From Octopus vulgaris (lineage: Eukaryota), in NCBI GenBank assembly GCA_951406725.2, contig OX597824.1, forward strand, positions 87,172,001 through 87,236,000: 64,000 bases of DNA, in the 5' to 3' direction. The notes beneath the pieces are model-generated. The model did not search any database and had not been told where the DNA came from. It saw only the letters and a list, made by a program, of their open reading frames with translations. Position numbers and translations under genes: made by a program. Shown here one piece after another: positions 24,504-39,561 of the stretch. How positions within the stretch are numbered: position 1 is the first letter of the stretch; every line of letters starts with the position of its first letter.

Positions 24504-24910
24504 GCACAGGAGTGGCTGTGTGGTAAGTAGCTTGCTTACCAGCCACACGGTTCTGGGTTCGGTCCCACTGCGTGGCACCTTTGGCGAGTGTGTTCTACTA
24601 TAGCCTCAGGCCGACCAAAGCCTTGTGAGTGGATTTGGTAGACGGAACTGAAGGAAGCCCGTCGTATATGTGTATATATATGTATGTGTGTGTGTATGTA
24701 TATGTTTGTGTGTCTGTGTTTGTCCCCCCCCCCAACATCACTTGACAACCGATGCTGGTGTGTTTACGTCCTCGTAACTTAGTGGTTCGGCAAGAGAGAC
24801 CGGTAGAATAAGTACTAGGCTTACAAAGAATAAGTCCTGGGGTCGATTTGCTCGACTAAACGGCGGTGCTCCAGCATGACTGCGGTCAAATGACTGAAAC
24901 AAGTAAAAGG
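24504..24910 (+). mobile_element. Family A SINE, full length
   Basis: Matches consensus. Confidence 0.9.
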
Positions 24911-25697
24911 AGACCTATTGGGTCAAGTACGTCAACATCAACATCAAAATAAAAATCAAATGGAAGTTGTAGTCATGATGCCCGTGCCAGTGACATGTAA
25001 AAAGCACCACCCGATTGTGGATGTTGCCAGCCTCCTCTGGCCCTTGTGCCGGTGGCACGTAAAAAGCACCCACTACACTCTCAGAGTGGTTGGCATTACC
25101 ATTAGGAAGGGCACCCAGCTGTAGAAACACTGCCAGATTAGACTGGAGCCTGGTGTAGCCTCCTGGCTTCCCAGAATCCAGTCAAACCGTCCAACCCATG
25201 CCAGCATGGAAAACGGACGTTAAACGATGATGATGATGATGATGATGATGTAGGAACGGGCATGGCTGTGTAGTTAAGAAGCTTGCTTTATAATCACATT
25301 GTTCCGGGTTCAGTCCTGCTGTGCAGCATCTTGGACAAGTGTTTTCTACTATTGCCCCAAGCCAACATCTGTTACATAATACACATGTACACAATACACA
25401 CATACACTGTCCCCTAAATGTAAGTAACCATGTAGTTCAGATGTAAACAAACCAATATTGGCTGTCAAATGGTGAGGGGGGACAAACACAAAGATGCACG
25501 TACATACAAACATACACATACATACACGTGTATACACACACACACGACAGGCTTCTTTCAGTTTCTGTCAACCAAACCCACTCACAAGGGCCATAGTAGA
25601 AGACTCTTGCCCAAGATGCCATGCAGTGAAATTGAACCTAGAACCATGTGGTTGGGAAGCATATTTCTTAACCACACAGCCATGTCTGCACCTACAG

Positions 25698-25734
<37 letters not shown>

Positions 25735-25947
25735 TTATTAGTTCCCAAACAATTTATACAGGTGACCTTAGAGATATATTTGCTTTGCAATTAAGGTAGA
25801 CTAAAGGCTGCTTAGATTCGACTAAGACCACATTTTACCAATCTCACCAACATGTTCCTGATCAACATCATCATTTCTGCTATTTGTATTCTGTTCCCTT
25901 CCTGGTAAAACTAAGACGGAGGCCTGCACTATGATATATTACCACAC

Positions 25948-26249
25948 CGTGGAGGCACATGGCCTAGTGGTTAGAGAAGCGGACTCACAGTCGGGGGATC
26001 GCGGGTTCGAATCTCAGACCAGGCGATGTGTGTGTTTATGAGCGTAACACCTAAGCTCCACACGGCTCTGGTAGAAGGTAATGGCAAACTTCTGCTGACT
26101 CTTTCACCACAACTTTCTCTCACTCTTTCCTCCTGCATCTTGCAGCTCACCTGCGATGGACCGGCGTCCCATCCAGGTGGGGAACCTATATGCCAAGGAA
26201 ACGGGGAAACCGGCCCTTATGAGCCAGGCATGGCTCGAGAAGGAACGAA
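25948..26249 (+). mobile_element. tRNA-derived V-domain-like SINE with 12-bp TSD
   Basis: A box tggcctagtggtt, B box gggttcgaatctc, ctgcgatggaccggcgtcccatccagg; TSD atattaccacac at 25936-25947 and 26250-26261. Confidence 0.9.
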
Positions 26250-26261
26250 ATATTACCACAC

Positions 26262-26610
26262 TGCTTGATCTTATGTCTTCCTTTTTTTTCGTGAAGCTCA
26301 GTTTCCTCAAGTCTCACATCTCATTTCCCCACCTCCCTCAAGTCTTCTTTCTTTTGCTATGGAAATAAATCTCCCACCATCGACACATGACACTTTCATG
26401 TAGATGTTGTCCATTTGCATGCATTATACATGTGTGTACAAACATGTAGAGACATCTGTCCTTCAAATATTGATTGAACTTTTTAATGCCAAGTTCCATC
26501 CTCATCTCATTTCCATTTAGTCTTTGAAGCAAAACACGGCACATTTGTAGGATGCGTAATGGTAATTCTCTTTTCTTTAGGCTTTGCAGAGCTTTCCTAT
26601 TCAACACTCA
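26262..26610 (-). pseudogene. Highly decayed LINE ORF C-terminus (RTE-like)
   Basis: LRILQMCRVLLQRLNGNEMRMELGIK resembles LRWMCGVTL.DR..NE.IR..LG; followed by RKKT*. Confidence 0.45.
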
Positions 26611-26981
26611 AATATCACAAGACTTATAAAGGCTGCACAGATAAAATAAGCATCATTACTGCAGCAAAACTAAATAGATAATATTATGAAATACATCTAG
26701 TTGTAAACGCATGCTTTTCAATAACATACTTTGCTATCATGTGAATCTGTAGAGAGAAAACAAACCAACTCGTTATGTGACAGAGAAAAAAATTGATGCT
26801 AAATAAATCAATCTAATAAAAATATTCTTTTTTTTATGGAATTCATAAATAAATGACACATGTTGCTAAATGTTGCTGCTAAACTCTGAGCAAGCAGACC
26901 TCTAAGATCAAAGATATTCCAGTTATGTTAACTCTAACTTTTATTGAGACATAACATGTCTCAGACAACACTATCTAACAT

Positions 26982-27253
26982 AGAGAAGATTCATAAAGAA
27001 GATCGTCTCTCTGCAACAGCTCAGCTACTGGGAAAGGTTGAAATAGTTAAGACTCTACTCCCTGGAGAGAAGACGGGAGAGGTATGCAGTAATATATATC
27101 TGGAAGATCCTGGAAGGAATTGTGCCAAATTTTGGCATTGAAAGCTACACCGATGCCAGAACGGGAAGACACTGCATAGTGCCAAACATCTTGGCAATGC
27201 CGTCACGCTTCAGGACCAGTTACTGCAACAGCCTGAGTTTCAAGGGCCCACGG
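26982..27253 (+). pseudogene. CR1-like LINE ORF2 C-terminal fragment
   Basis: LSYWERLK*LRLYSLERRRERYAVIYIWKILEGIVPN matches the CR1-type LSYEERL..L.SLE.RR motif. Confidence 0.8.
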
Positions 27254-27579
27254 AGTGGTTGGCGTTAGGAAGGGCATCCAGCTGTAGAAACTCTGCCAGA
27301 TCAGATTGGAGCCTGGTGCAGCCATCTGGTTCACAGTAATATATATCTGGAAGATCCTGGAAGGAATTGTGCCAAATTTTGGCATTGAAAGCTACACCGA
27401 TGCCAGAACGGGAAGACACTGCATAGTGCCAAACATCTTGGCAATGCCGTCACGCTTCAGGACCAGTTACTGCAACAGCCTGAGTTTCAAGGGCCCACGG
27501 AGTGGTTGGCGTTAGGAAGGGCATCCAGCTGTAGAAACTCTGCCAGATCAGATTGGAGCCTGGTGCAGCCATCTGGTTC
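27087..27579. repeat. Tandem duplication with 247-bp period
   Basis: 27087-27332 appears identical to 27334-27579. Confidence 0.9.
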
Positions 27580-28468
27580 GCCAGACCTCAGTCAAATCGT
27601 CCAACCCATGATAGCATGGAAAGCGGATGTTAAACGATGCTGATGATGATGATGATGATTGAATGAATGAATGATAAAGGGTGAAAGATGAGAATGTGCT
27701 TAAGTAAAGGGATGGCTTTGTATAAATGTTCGTGTATGTTACGGATGAGTGCAAACACCTATGAACTGCATGAATGCAAGGATATGTTCAGAAGGCATGA
27801 GTATACATTTATGTTTCCACTTAAAACATGAGACAGTAGAAATTTTTTTTTTTTTTTTCCTTTTCTTTGTCAATGGATTTCAAATGCTGGCAAACATTAA
27901 AAAAAAAAACAAAAAAAAAATGAAGAAACGAACTAGGACAATTAATGCAATTATTTAAAATGTTTCTCATAACAAAAAGGTTTAAAGCCATGACATTGAC
28001 AGGGTATCTGTCGATGTCAGTGTTGAATCTCATTACGGACATGAAACAGAATTCGTATTAATTGCGTTATTGATTATTAAAATAAAAATTCAACTGCAAT
28101 AAAATCAATAAAGTGAATTTAATTTGACCAAAAATATGTAACAACATGAGGATAACAACCGATCATATTAAATAAACGAAAAGAAAACCAATACATAACA
28201 AAAAGAAGATACACCATAAAAATATCCAATATGTTGACCATTAAAACTAATAAATTCTTTTACATATAACAGTCTACTCTGTAATTGTCTGTGTGTCCTT
28301 CGAAATAGCCATAAATATTGATTTTGAATATTTAATATGAAAAAGAAAAACAATAAAATTATTTCTAAATTTCACCAATTATTAAGGCTGATAGCTCTCA
28401 CACCTTTAGCAAAGTACATAACAAAACACACTGTTTAGGATAATAAATATTCCATGTTACAGATATAA

Positions 28469-28857
28469 TCTTTATATATAAAAGTGAAGTTGTGTCTGTC
28501 TCCAACGATTTAGAATCCTAACTACTCCCACATTTTGCGGTGCAGTTTAACCAATATAGTCGTGATTCATATCGAGCCCTTCTGGGTATTAGCGCGCGTC
28601 TACGATGAGTCTACGATTTAAAAAAAATTTACCATCATTTTTTCCATTTTAATGCATTTTTTTCGCTATTATATAAGGGAAGTAACTCTCTAAAAATGTC
28701 TACGATGAGTCAACGATTTAAAAAAAATTTACCATCATTCTTTTTCCATTTTTAATGCATTTTTTTGCTATTTTTTTTTTTTTGGCTTTAACTCTCTAAA
28801 AATGCTTATATAGTTATTTCCCTTACAAACCCGAGCAACGCCGGGCGATACTGCTAG
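28469..28857 (+). mobile_element. Non-autonomous Helitron
   Basis: A|TC start; subterminal hairpin cccgagcaacgccggg; CTAG|T end; no TSD. Confidence 0.85.
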
Positions 28858-29301
28858 TGTAAGTATAAATATTAAAGACCAGTCTGTATCAGACGTCACT
28901 GCCTTAAAGCAATGCTGTAGTTTGCTTTAGTCAAATTAGTGTAACAAGGCAAAGGTATAGTCATACATTCATACGTCTTGTTATCGTCAAACTGTGATCA
29001 TTTGTCACTACTTATAAAAATACTACACATATGTGTTGCATTAAAAGAAATATTTAAAAAAAAAGAAAAGAAGAGAAAAATCTATTAATAATCTAAAGCA
29101 CAGGGTTATAGTATATACCTGTATGTTTGTGTGTCGTATTAATGTTTTATTCAAATAACAAAGTGATGCAAACTTAATACAATTATATCAAATGTTGGCT
29201 GTATGGATATTATACAAGTGATTGTCTGTTCATGAGAAGTCAAATAAAATAAAAGTATTACGCAATTGAGCTAACAAGACTGATACACATCATACAAGTG
29301 C

Positions 29302-29356
<55 letters not shown>

Positions 29357-29421
29357 GGTCCCGGGTTGAGTCGGGGTTAACCACAGTAAATAAGGTACTC
29401 AATACATAACAGAGTAAATTA

Positions 29422-29706
<285 letters not shown>

Positions 29707-29946
29707 GTATGTATGAATGTAAAAATATCAGTATTATAATAATGCAATATTACTATAGGGAAGGGGAGGGTAGATGGATAGAGAGATAGATAGAATAAGG
29801 TAGGTCAAGCCCATACACACACACACATTTCTTTCAATCTGGGATAAAAAAATAAATGAAAAATTTTCAAACTTGTACTGCATGAGATATTTCCATTTAC
29901 ATTTTGATGTTGTTGCTCTTAGTGTGCTTGTGTTTGTGTTTGTGTG

Positions 29947-29977
<31 letters not shown>

Positions 29978-30549
29978 ATTATGTTAGTGTGCATATATCA
30001 TTCTAAGTTCAATATATTTACATTTTTATTTTTTATTTTTTATTTTTTTTGTGTGTGTGTTTCTAAGATTAAATCATCAAAATACACAAATATAGCAGAA
30101 AAAAAGTGCATTCTGCATTCATGGTACTTGAAATTCTCTATGTAACTTCAAATATGCTTCTCTGCCAACAAACAATGGGAAGCATGTCTATGTATGAGTG
30201 TGTGTGTGTGTGTGTGAGTGTGTGTGTGTGCGTGCGTGTGCGTGCGTGCGTGTATATAATATAATGAACACAAAACTCTAATGGACAAAATTAAGTTATT
30301 CAAAAAAATTCACTTCCTATAAACTTCCCCATTATGTATATTATAATATATTTAAAAGTTTGGAAGACATGATTCCTGGAATCTTGCCATGAATTTTCCA
30401 TAGCAGGAATTCCAAGAGGAAGATTGCAAAATTTCTATAGATTCCATCCAGTGGATGTTTTCAAGAGAGGGGAACAGGAGAGAATATGTTATTCCAAGTT
30501 CTTCATATAGGGAGACAAACACACACACACATGATGGACTTCCACAGTT

Positions 30550-30785
30550 TCTTATTTCTTTATTGCCCACAAGGGGCTAAACATAGAGGGGACAAACAAG
30601 GACAGACAAAGGGATTAAATCGATTACATCAACCCCAGTGCGCAACTGGTATGTAATTTATTGACCCCGAAAGGATGAAAGGCAAAGTCGACCTCGGTAG
30701 AATTTGAACTTAGAACATAACGGCAGACGAAATATTGCTAAGCATTTCGCCCGGCATGCTAACGTTTCTGCCAGCTCGCCGCCTT
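30550..30785 (-). mobile_element. Family B SINE inserted in an older family A copy
   Basis: Reverse complement of family B; cttccacagt is duplicated at both flanks. Confidence 0.8.
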
Positions 30786-31006
30786 CCACAGTCTCTGTGT
30801 ACCAAATTCCTACACAAAGCATTGGTCATCTCAGGTCTATAGTAGAAGACACTTACTCAAGGTGCTACACAGTGGGACAGAACTCAAAGCCATGTGGTTA
30901 CAAAATGAGCTTAACCACACAGCTATGCCTGGACAACTGGTGTTGGTTTGTTTTCATCCCTGTAACTTAGTGGTTCAGCAAAGGAGACTGATAAAATAAA
31001 TATTTA

Positions 31007-31416
31007 GGTGCAGGAGTGGCTGTGTGGTAAGTAGCTTGCTTACCAACCACATGGTTCCAGGTTCAGTCCCACTGCGTGACACCTTGGGTAAGTGTCTTCT
31101 TCTATAGCCTCGGGATGGCCAAAGCCTTATGAGTGGATTTGATAAACGGAAACTGAAAGAAGCCCGTCGTACATATGTATATATATATATGTATGTGTGT
31201 GTATATGTTTTTATGTCTGTGTTTGTTCTCCCAACATCGCTTGACAACCGATGCTGGTATGTTTACGTCCCCCGTAACTTAGCAGTTCGGCAAAAGAGAC
31301 CGACAGAATAAGTACTAGGCTTACAAAGAATAAATCTTGGGGTTGATTTGCTTGACAAAAGGCAGTGCTCCAGCATGGCCGCGGTCAAATGACTGAAACA
31401 AGTGAAAGAGTAAAAG
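31007..31416 (+). mobile_element. Family A SINE, full length
   Basis: Matches consensus. Confidence 0.9.
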
Positions 31417-33016
31417 TGTATATAATTCAATGAGCTTGGTAGAGAGGCCTGAAGATCCTAATGGAATCTGATTTTAAGTCTAATATTTCATTGACCAAGA
31501 AGTTTTGTTACATTAAACGTGGTCTTAATTCAGTTTCCAGTTGAAACCTATTTGCTTTTTATTCAAGTGTTTTTGTTAATTTGGGTTGCAAAAACCAAAA
31601 CAATCTTCACAGCAAGAGTGTGTTTACGTACATATGATAAAATGTGTTATTTAGTTGTTAGTGACAGAGCAAAGAGAATTGTAGTTTGACATGTGACTGC
31701 TAAATAGTTGGTAGCTTGTGAATGAATGGATGGTGGAGAAAAAAAAGAAAGGGTGTTTTGTTTAATGTATGTTGTTACTGTCAAGACAAAAGGTGACATG
31801 TGTTGTTGAGTAGATTACAAATGAGAAGGAAAATGGTAGAGGGTAGAACTGTTTGGGAACCACAAGGGGACCACAACAGTAGTTAAGACTTGCTGAGTCA
31901 AAGGGCTGCAGGGGAGCATGTTTAAAAACTAAAGACATATGTTCGGCAGAAATAAAACAGTCAACTATCTAGACTGTATACGAAGGGGTGTGGGATATGT
32001 TTAGTTACTAGTCTTGGAGAAAAAAAGATAGGACACAAGGTCTTTAGTGTTTTTTGGGAAAGGAATATTAGGAAACGGTTCTTGAGGGAATTTAGTAGAG
32101 AATTCTTTTAAAGAACCCAGTATTAGAAGTAAGTAGAGGGACACATTGCTAAGGTTACTGGTGTTTGGGGACAATAAGGGATGTTTGGTAATAAATTTGC
32201 TTCTCAATTACATGGCTCTGGGTTCAGACCCACTGCATGGTACCTTGGGCAAGTGTCTTTTATTATAGCCCTGGGTTGACCAAAGCCTTGTGAGTGGAAT
32301 TGTAGACAGAAACATATATATATATATATATATATATAAAGGGGTTTGTATGATTGTGTATAGAAGGATATATATCATACAAAGGAATTCCAACTCTGTT
32401 TTTTATGTTGTATTTATATTCTTTATAATATTAATGTAGAATATATAGTATAAATAGTATATATAGTGTGAAATGAAATGAAGTATTGTCTTATTGAATA
32501 GATGAAATATTGAATATCAAATATTAAGGGGCTAGTATTACTTTCTTGCATTTAAGCAGTCTTCAAGGTCCCAGATTGTGACAGGAGTGTTTAGATAGAT
32601 ACACACACACACACACACCATTTTTATGTCTACTTTTCCATGCTAGCATGGGTTAGATGGGATTTTTTGAGGTAGTGATTATTTACAGCAGACGGTTCTG
32701 ATACCAGCCTTTTTAGTCTTCCCTTATGACACACAGCTAAAACCTAGAATACATGCATATATAAAGGGAATTAGGGATTGCAATATTTATGCATTTTCCA
32801 AAATATACATCGATCACTTCATTCGTTAATCAATTTATGCATTGTCAGAAGTGCCAGTCAATTACTCAAGTATTCATGAACAGAGGTATGTATTATTTAG
32901 TCTTCTGAATGAGGCGCAGTATTCCATATTCCATTTTCCCCTTGGCCACAGTCACTGAAGAAATAAAACTTAATACTGTAAAGCTCAGAAAACACCAGTT
33001 AATTTTATAAAATAAT

Positions 33017-33850
33017 AAATGCGCCCTTTTTAAAGCCTATCCAGGCTCATGGGCCTGGTTTCTATGGCGTATGTATTCCCCAGCTGGATGGGACGCCAGT
33101 CTATCGCAGCATTACTCTAACCACTAAGCCACGCACCTCCACAAAATAAATGCACCCTTTTAAAGCCTAGCAAGGCTCATGGGCCCGGTTTCCAGGTTTC
33201 TATGGCGTATGTGTTCCCCTCAGCTGGACGGGACACCAGTCCATCGCAGCGTTACTCATTTTTGCCAGCTGAGTGGACTGGAGCAACGTGAAATGAAGTG
33301 TTTTGCTCAAGAACACAACGCATCGCCTGGTCCAGGAATCGAAACCACGATCTTACGATCATGATGCTGACACCCTAACCACTAAGCCACGCGCCTCAAC
33401 AAAATAAATGGGCCTGGTTTCCCGGTTTCAATGGCGTATGTGTTCCCAGCTGGAAGGGACGCCAGTCCATCGCAGCATTACTCATTTTTGCCAGCTGAGT
33501 GAACTGGAGCAACGTGAAATGAAGTGTTTTGCTCAAGAACACAACACATCGCCTGGTCCAGGAATCGAAACCACGATCTTACGATCATGATGCTGACACC
33601 CTAACCACTAAGCCACGCGCCTCAACAAAATAAATGGGCCTGGTTTCCCGGTTTCAATGGCGTATGTGTTCCCAGCTGGACGGGACGCCAGTCCATCGCA
33701 GCGTTACTCATTTTTGCCAGCTGAGTGGACTGGAGCAATGTGAAATGAAGTGTTTTGCTCAAGAACAAAACGTGTCGCCCGGTCCAGGAATCGAAACCAC
33801 GATCTTACGATCATGATGCTGACACCCTAACCACTAAGCCACACGCCTCT
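33017..33850 (-). mobile_element. Tandem array of four family C SINEs
   Basis: Repeated units, the last two with a 226-bp period; reverse complement of 10838-11095. Confidence 0.9.
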
Positions 33851-34601
33851 ACAGTTAATTTTACAGTGCTGCCAATTAAGAAGCAGTTATTTCTACTCTA
33901 AACACACAAATACAGTGTGCTGGCGACAGGAAATAACCTTTTAACCACTCAGCTGGTTGTCCTATACATGGTACCCTATACATGGTACCCTATATGTGGT
34001 ACCACCTGCACCCCACCACATTGATAATAAAAATAATAATAATCCTTTCTACTATAGGTACAAAGCTTGAAATTTGGGGGCAGTTGATTACATTGACCCC
34101 AGTGTTTCACTGGTATTTAATTTATCGACCCCTGAAAGGATGAAAGGCAAAGTGAACATCAGTAGAATTTGAACTCAGAACGTAGCGCTGGTTGAAATAC
34201 CACCAAGCATTTCATTCAGCATACTAACCTTAATAATGGTAATAAAATGTTCAGGGGTAGCAATATATATATATACATACACACATATACATATATATAT
34301 ATATTTGTATTTATGCTGGTGTGTTTATGTACCGGTAACTTAGCAGTTTGGCAAAAGAGACCGATAGAATAAGTAAGTGCTAGGTTTACAAAGGAATAAG
34401 TCCTGGGGTTGATTTCTTCGACTAAAACCCTTTAAGGTAGTGCTCCAGCATGGCCACAGTCAACTGACTGAAACAAGTAAAAGAATAAAAAATCTACTTG
34501 TATTTATGTGTATGTATACATATCATTGTTTCTATGTGTGTGTATCTATCTATATATATATATATATAGATATAGATATATCTTTGCAGTTATGTGTGTG
34601 G

Positions 34602-34646
<45 letters not shown>

Positions 34647-35178
34647 CATACATATACATATATGATCAGTTTCTGCCAACTAAACACACAAGGGTTTGAA
34701 CAATCTGGGGCTATAGAAGACACTTGCCCAAGGTACCACACACTGGAACTGAACCCAGAACTATGTGGTCTGGAAGCAAACTTTTTTACTACACAGCCAC
34801 ATCTGTGCAAAAGAAATTAAGGAAACTGAGAAATAAGTCTCTCAACAAATATTTTGATATTATAAGACGAATGTTTGATGCCGAGAATTTACAAAATTAT
34901 AAAACGCCATTAAAACGAAAGGTTAAAAGGTCAATTCAATATCTATAAAAAAAAAATTACAAAACGAAATAAAATAAAGTCGTTTCTTATTAACGAGACC
35001 AATTAAATATGAGTAATACGACATCTGGTATAACGTTGTAACAATTTTTTTCTCCCTCCCCCCCTAAGAAAGCAGGCACTTAATCTTTAAAATATGAAGT
35101 CAGGGAAAGGATAATTAAGCAGGATGAATTGCATACAGAACAATGCAAAAAGATCAGACACACAAAAAAAATATGAGA

Positions 35179-35215
<37 letters not shown>

Positions 35216-35412
35216 TAATATGCTTGAAGGAATTTGAATAATTACCTCAAGTAACTTCAAGCATAAATCTAGTGCGAAGGGTACTTGCTTTCTTATAGAA
35301 TACGAACCAGGAAACAAACAAAACACAAAGAAAAACTAAAGACGCAAAAGCTTTCACCCACAATTTTTCTATTTATAATAATAATAATAATGATAATGAT
35401 GATGGTGGTGAT

Positions 35413-35650
35413 TTTATTTCTTTATTGCCCGCAGGGGAATAAACATAGAGGGAGACAAACAAGGACAGACAAAGGGATTACATCGACCCCCCCCCTCCCA
35501 GTGCGTAACTGGTACTTATTAAATCGACCCCGAAACGATGAAAGGCAAAATTGACCTTGGCGGATTTTGAACTCAGAACATAACAGCAGACGAAATACCA
35601 CTAAGCATTTTGCCCCGTGTGTTAACAATTCTTCCAGCTCACCACCCTAA
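35413..35650 (-). mobile_element. Family B SINE
   Basis: Reverse complement of family B. Confidence 0.8.
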
Positions 35651-35915
35651 TAATAATAATAATAATAATAATTATTATTATTATTATTATTACTATTATT
35701 ATATTAATCCTTTCTGTTACAGGCATAAGGGCGGAAATTTTGTGTATATACTACACTCTCGGGGTGGTTGGCGTTAGGAAGGACATCCAGCTGTAGAAAC
35801 TCTTCCAGATCAAGATTGAAGCCTGGTGCAGCCATCTGGTTCGCCAGCCCTCAGTCAAATCGTCCAACCCATGCTAGCATGGAAAGCGAATGTTAAACGA
35901 TGATAATGATGATGA

Positions 35916-35960
<45 letters not shown>

Positions 35961-36644
35961 TACATGCAGCGTGTGTGCGTGTGAAGTGTGAGTGTGTGTC
36001 TCCTTGTTTTGACATTACACAACTGTTGTAAATGAATGTCATTCATTTCTAGTTTATGTCAGGCCATGGAGAAATATTACCTCACATGGATACAGGTAAA
36101 GGTTGGTGACAGGAAGGGCATCCAGCCACAGTAGATCTGCCTCAACAAATTCCAACAAAGTGATCCAAGCATGGGAAAATGAACATTAAAACAATGATGA
36201 TAAACATTAGGCACTGTACTATGACTAATTTCACTCTCTGATGTTTGATTAATCGTTAGGACCCTATTAATTAACCTCTTATTTTGTTTGAGGCCAATTT
36301 TTGTAGATGGCCAAGGAGTGGGGGTGTATTGACAATCAAATGAAGAACCTCCACCATCACCCATGGTAAGTGTGCTTCGGGTGAAAAGCAAGATTTGAAC
36401 TTGGAACACAAAGAGGAAAATATTAATTACATACCCACTGCCAACATTGCGATAATGATGACGATGATGATGATCATCATCATTATCATGATCATGATCA
36501 TAATCATTGTTTCTAATTTAAGCACAAGGCCAGCAATTTTAAGGGAAGTGGGTTTGTTGATATCAATCCAAGCCTGGTACTTTATTTTATTGGACATGGA
36601 GAGAAGAAAAGCAAAGTCGACCACAGCAGGATTGAAAGGAATTC

Positions 36645-36950
36645 TTGGAGGTTTGGATAATTCACCTTTGGAAACATGGGTGGTTCGTCCAACATCCTTA
36701 AACAACCCTTATTCAGGGACCTTTTGAGCGGGATGGGTTACTCCACCAGAAGAAAATTCTAACTGGGCCTCACCTGCAAGGTCATGTGCTGTTTATCTTG
36801 ATATGAAATCACCATGTCATGCACATATGGTTGTGATGCACGTGCCTGATGTACCCTTATCAGATGGGTAGTCATGATGGGTATACTGGACTTCGTATAT
36901 TTTACCCCAGTATCACTTTGAGGGCATGCACTGCTCTCTCACTCAACAAT
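36645..36950 (+). mobile_element. Probable LINE 3' end with (AAT)n tail
   Basis: Complex sequence ending abruptly in (AAT)n and interrupting a family B-like remnant; family not identified. Confidence 0.4.
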
Positions 36951-37556
36951 AATAATAATAATAATAATAATGATAATAATAATCCTCTCTACTAAAGGCA
37001 GAAGGTCTGAAATTTTGGGGTAGGGGGTAAGTTGGGCACATCAATCACAGTACTTCTCTGCTACTTAATTTATTGACCCTCCCCCCAAAAGAATGGAAGT
37101 CAAAGTCAACCTTGGCAGAATTTGAACTCAGAACGTAAAGATGGACGAAATACTGCTAAGCATTTTGCCTGGCATGCTAATGATTCTGCCAGCTCACCAC
37201 CTTAATAATGATGATGATCATCATCATCATAATAATGGTTTCAAATCTTGCCACAAGGGCAGGGAAATTGAGGGAGGGGATGAGTCGATTCATTTGCCAC
37301 AAGGGCAAAGGATGAAGGGGACAATACAAAAACAAACTTAATAATAATAATCCTTTCTACAATAGGCATAAGGCCTGAAACTTTGGGGGATAAGAATAGT
37401 TGATTACATCAACTCCAGTGCATAACTGGTATTTATTTAATCGACCCCCGAATGGATGAAAGGCAAAATCGACCTAGGCAGAATTTGAACTCAGAACGTA
37501 GTGACAAGCAAATTACCTCTAAGCATTTCATCTAGCATGCTAACGAAGCTGCCTGC

Positions 37557-37607
<51 letters not shown>

Positions 37608-37761
37608 TGGAGACGGGAAGGATGGCTTCCCTTTGCAAATACTGATAGGGCACAGAAAGTGTGTCTATAGCCAGCTAGAGGAGGTGTCCTCCTGGGGCTA
37701 CAAGCTATAGTAGCATCCACCCTTAGGGGTTAGCCATATTTAAATGGCAAATATACTTTAC

Positions 37762-37800
<39 letters not shown>

Positions 37801-38600
37801 CAACAACAACAACAACAACACTAGTTTCAAATTTTGGCACAGGGCCAGGAAATTTCAGGGGTGGGGCCAAGTTGATTATATTGACCCCAGTACTTGATGG
37901 TTACTTATTCTATTGACCCCCAAGAGAATGAAAGACAAAATCGACCTCGGCGGGATTTAAATTCAGAACATAAGGAGTCGGACAAAATACCACAAGGTAT
38001 TTTGTCCAACCCTCTAATGATCCTGGCAGCTCAGTAATTTGTAAAGTGATGAGGATGCTAAAAATTTGGTGGGAGAAGATAAACAGTCAATGTAATAGTG
38101 CTCCCTCTGTTTCCTCTGCTTGGCTGCTATTTATTTTATTAATCCCGAAAATAATGAAAGTCAAAGTCGGCTTTGGTGGGATTTGAACTCAAAACATAAA
38201 AAAAGCTGTTAGTAAATATTGCTTGGTGCTTTGACCGATTCACAACTGATTCGCCCACTCACCTTCCAAAATTATATATAAGAAGCATTAGAAGCGGTAC
38301 CTCACCCGACGAGGCAAAACTGATGCGTAGTTATTGATGGTTGAATGATGATAATGACAATAATAATAATAATTCTTTCTACTATAATATTAATAATAAT
38401 AATGATGATGATGATGACGATGATGATGGTGGTGGTGGTTTCACGTTTTGGCACAAGGCCAGCAAATTTAGGGAGAGGGGTTAAATCAATTACATCGACC
38501 ACCCCTGGTGCTCAAGTTGTACTTGTTTTATCAAGCCCGAAAGGTTGAAAGGCAAAGTCAACCTCGGTGGAATTTGAACATAAATAATAATAACAACAAC

Positions 38601-38641
<41 letters not shown>

Positions 38642-38659
38642 TGATGATAATAATAATAA

Positions 38660-39062
38660 TAATCCTTTCTACTAGAAGCACAAGGCCTCATATTTGTTGG
38701 GAGGGGACTAGTTGATTATATCGACCCCAGTACACAACTGGTACTTAATTTATCAACCCCCGAAAGGATGAAAGGCAAAGTCAACCTTGGTGGAATTTGA
38801 ACTCAGAATGTAGTGATGGGCAAAATACCTATTTCTTTACTACCCACCAGGGGGCTAAACACATAGAGGACAAACAAAGACAGACAAACGGATTAAGTCG
38901 ATTACATCGACCCCAGTGCGTAACTGGTACTAATTTAATTGACCCTGAAAGGATAAAAGGCAAAGTCAACCTCGGCAGAATTTGAACTCAAAACGTAGCG
39001 GCAGACGAAATACCGCTAAGTATTTCGTCCAGTGTGCTAATGATTCTGCCAGCTCACCGCTT
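38660..39062 (-). mobile_element. Family B SINE dimer
   Basis: Junction aaatacc|tatttctttactaccc at ~38828. Confidence 0.85.
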
Positions 39063-39063
39063 C

Positions 39064-39094
<31 letters not shown>

Positions 39095-39100
39095 ATAATA

Positions 39101-39225
39101 ACTGCACACATCCTACGCAAAACCCTTTCAATACAGTAACCATTAGAGCATCACAACAAATCACAGCACATACCCAAGGCACACAGAGCTATGCTCGGTA
39201 GTGAAGTGAAAGCACGCTATAAAAA
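39101..39225 (+). pseudogene. R4/Dong-clade LINE 3' end in (TAA)n
   Basis: TAHILRKTLSIQ* resembles the GTAHILRK C-terminal motif; flanked by (TAA)n, the known Dong target. Confidence 0.7.
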
Positions 39226-39561
39226 TAATAATAATAATAATAATAATAATAGTAATAATGATAATATTGATGATAATCAATAGTGAATTAATGTGAAATG
39301 GCAAACATAAGATATTGAAAAACAAGTTTCCTTCAAGTAACAGACATACTTTCAACTGGTATTTCAAAAGAATAAATTTTTTTTTATTCCATACTAATCC
39401 ATACTAATCCTTCCGATACAATTAATTTGTGAAATATAAATTATAAGTACAATAAAACAAAAAGCGAGTAGTTAAAAGTGAAGCGGTGCAACTTAGGGAT
39501 AGGTAGACATCCATTTAGACAGTGGTGTGGCGTGGTTTAGTCTTTAGCTACGGTAACTCAC

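Noticed and set aside
25948-26025. tRNA gene
   Set aside because: It is the tRNA-derived head of a SINE, continuing into the SINE body and bounded by a TSD.
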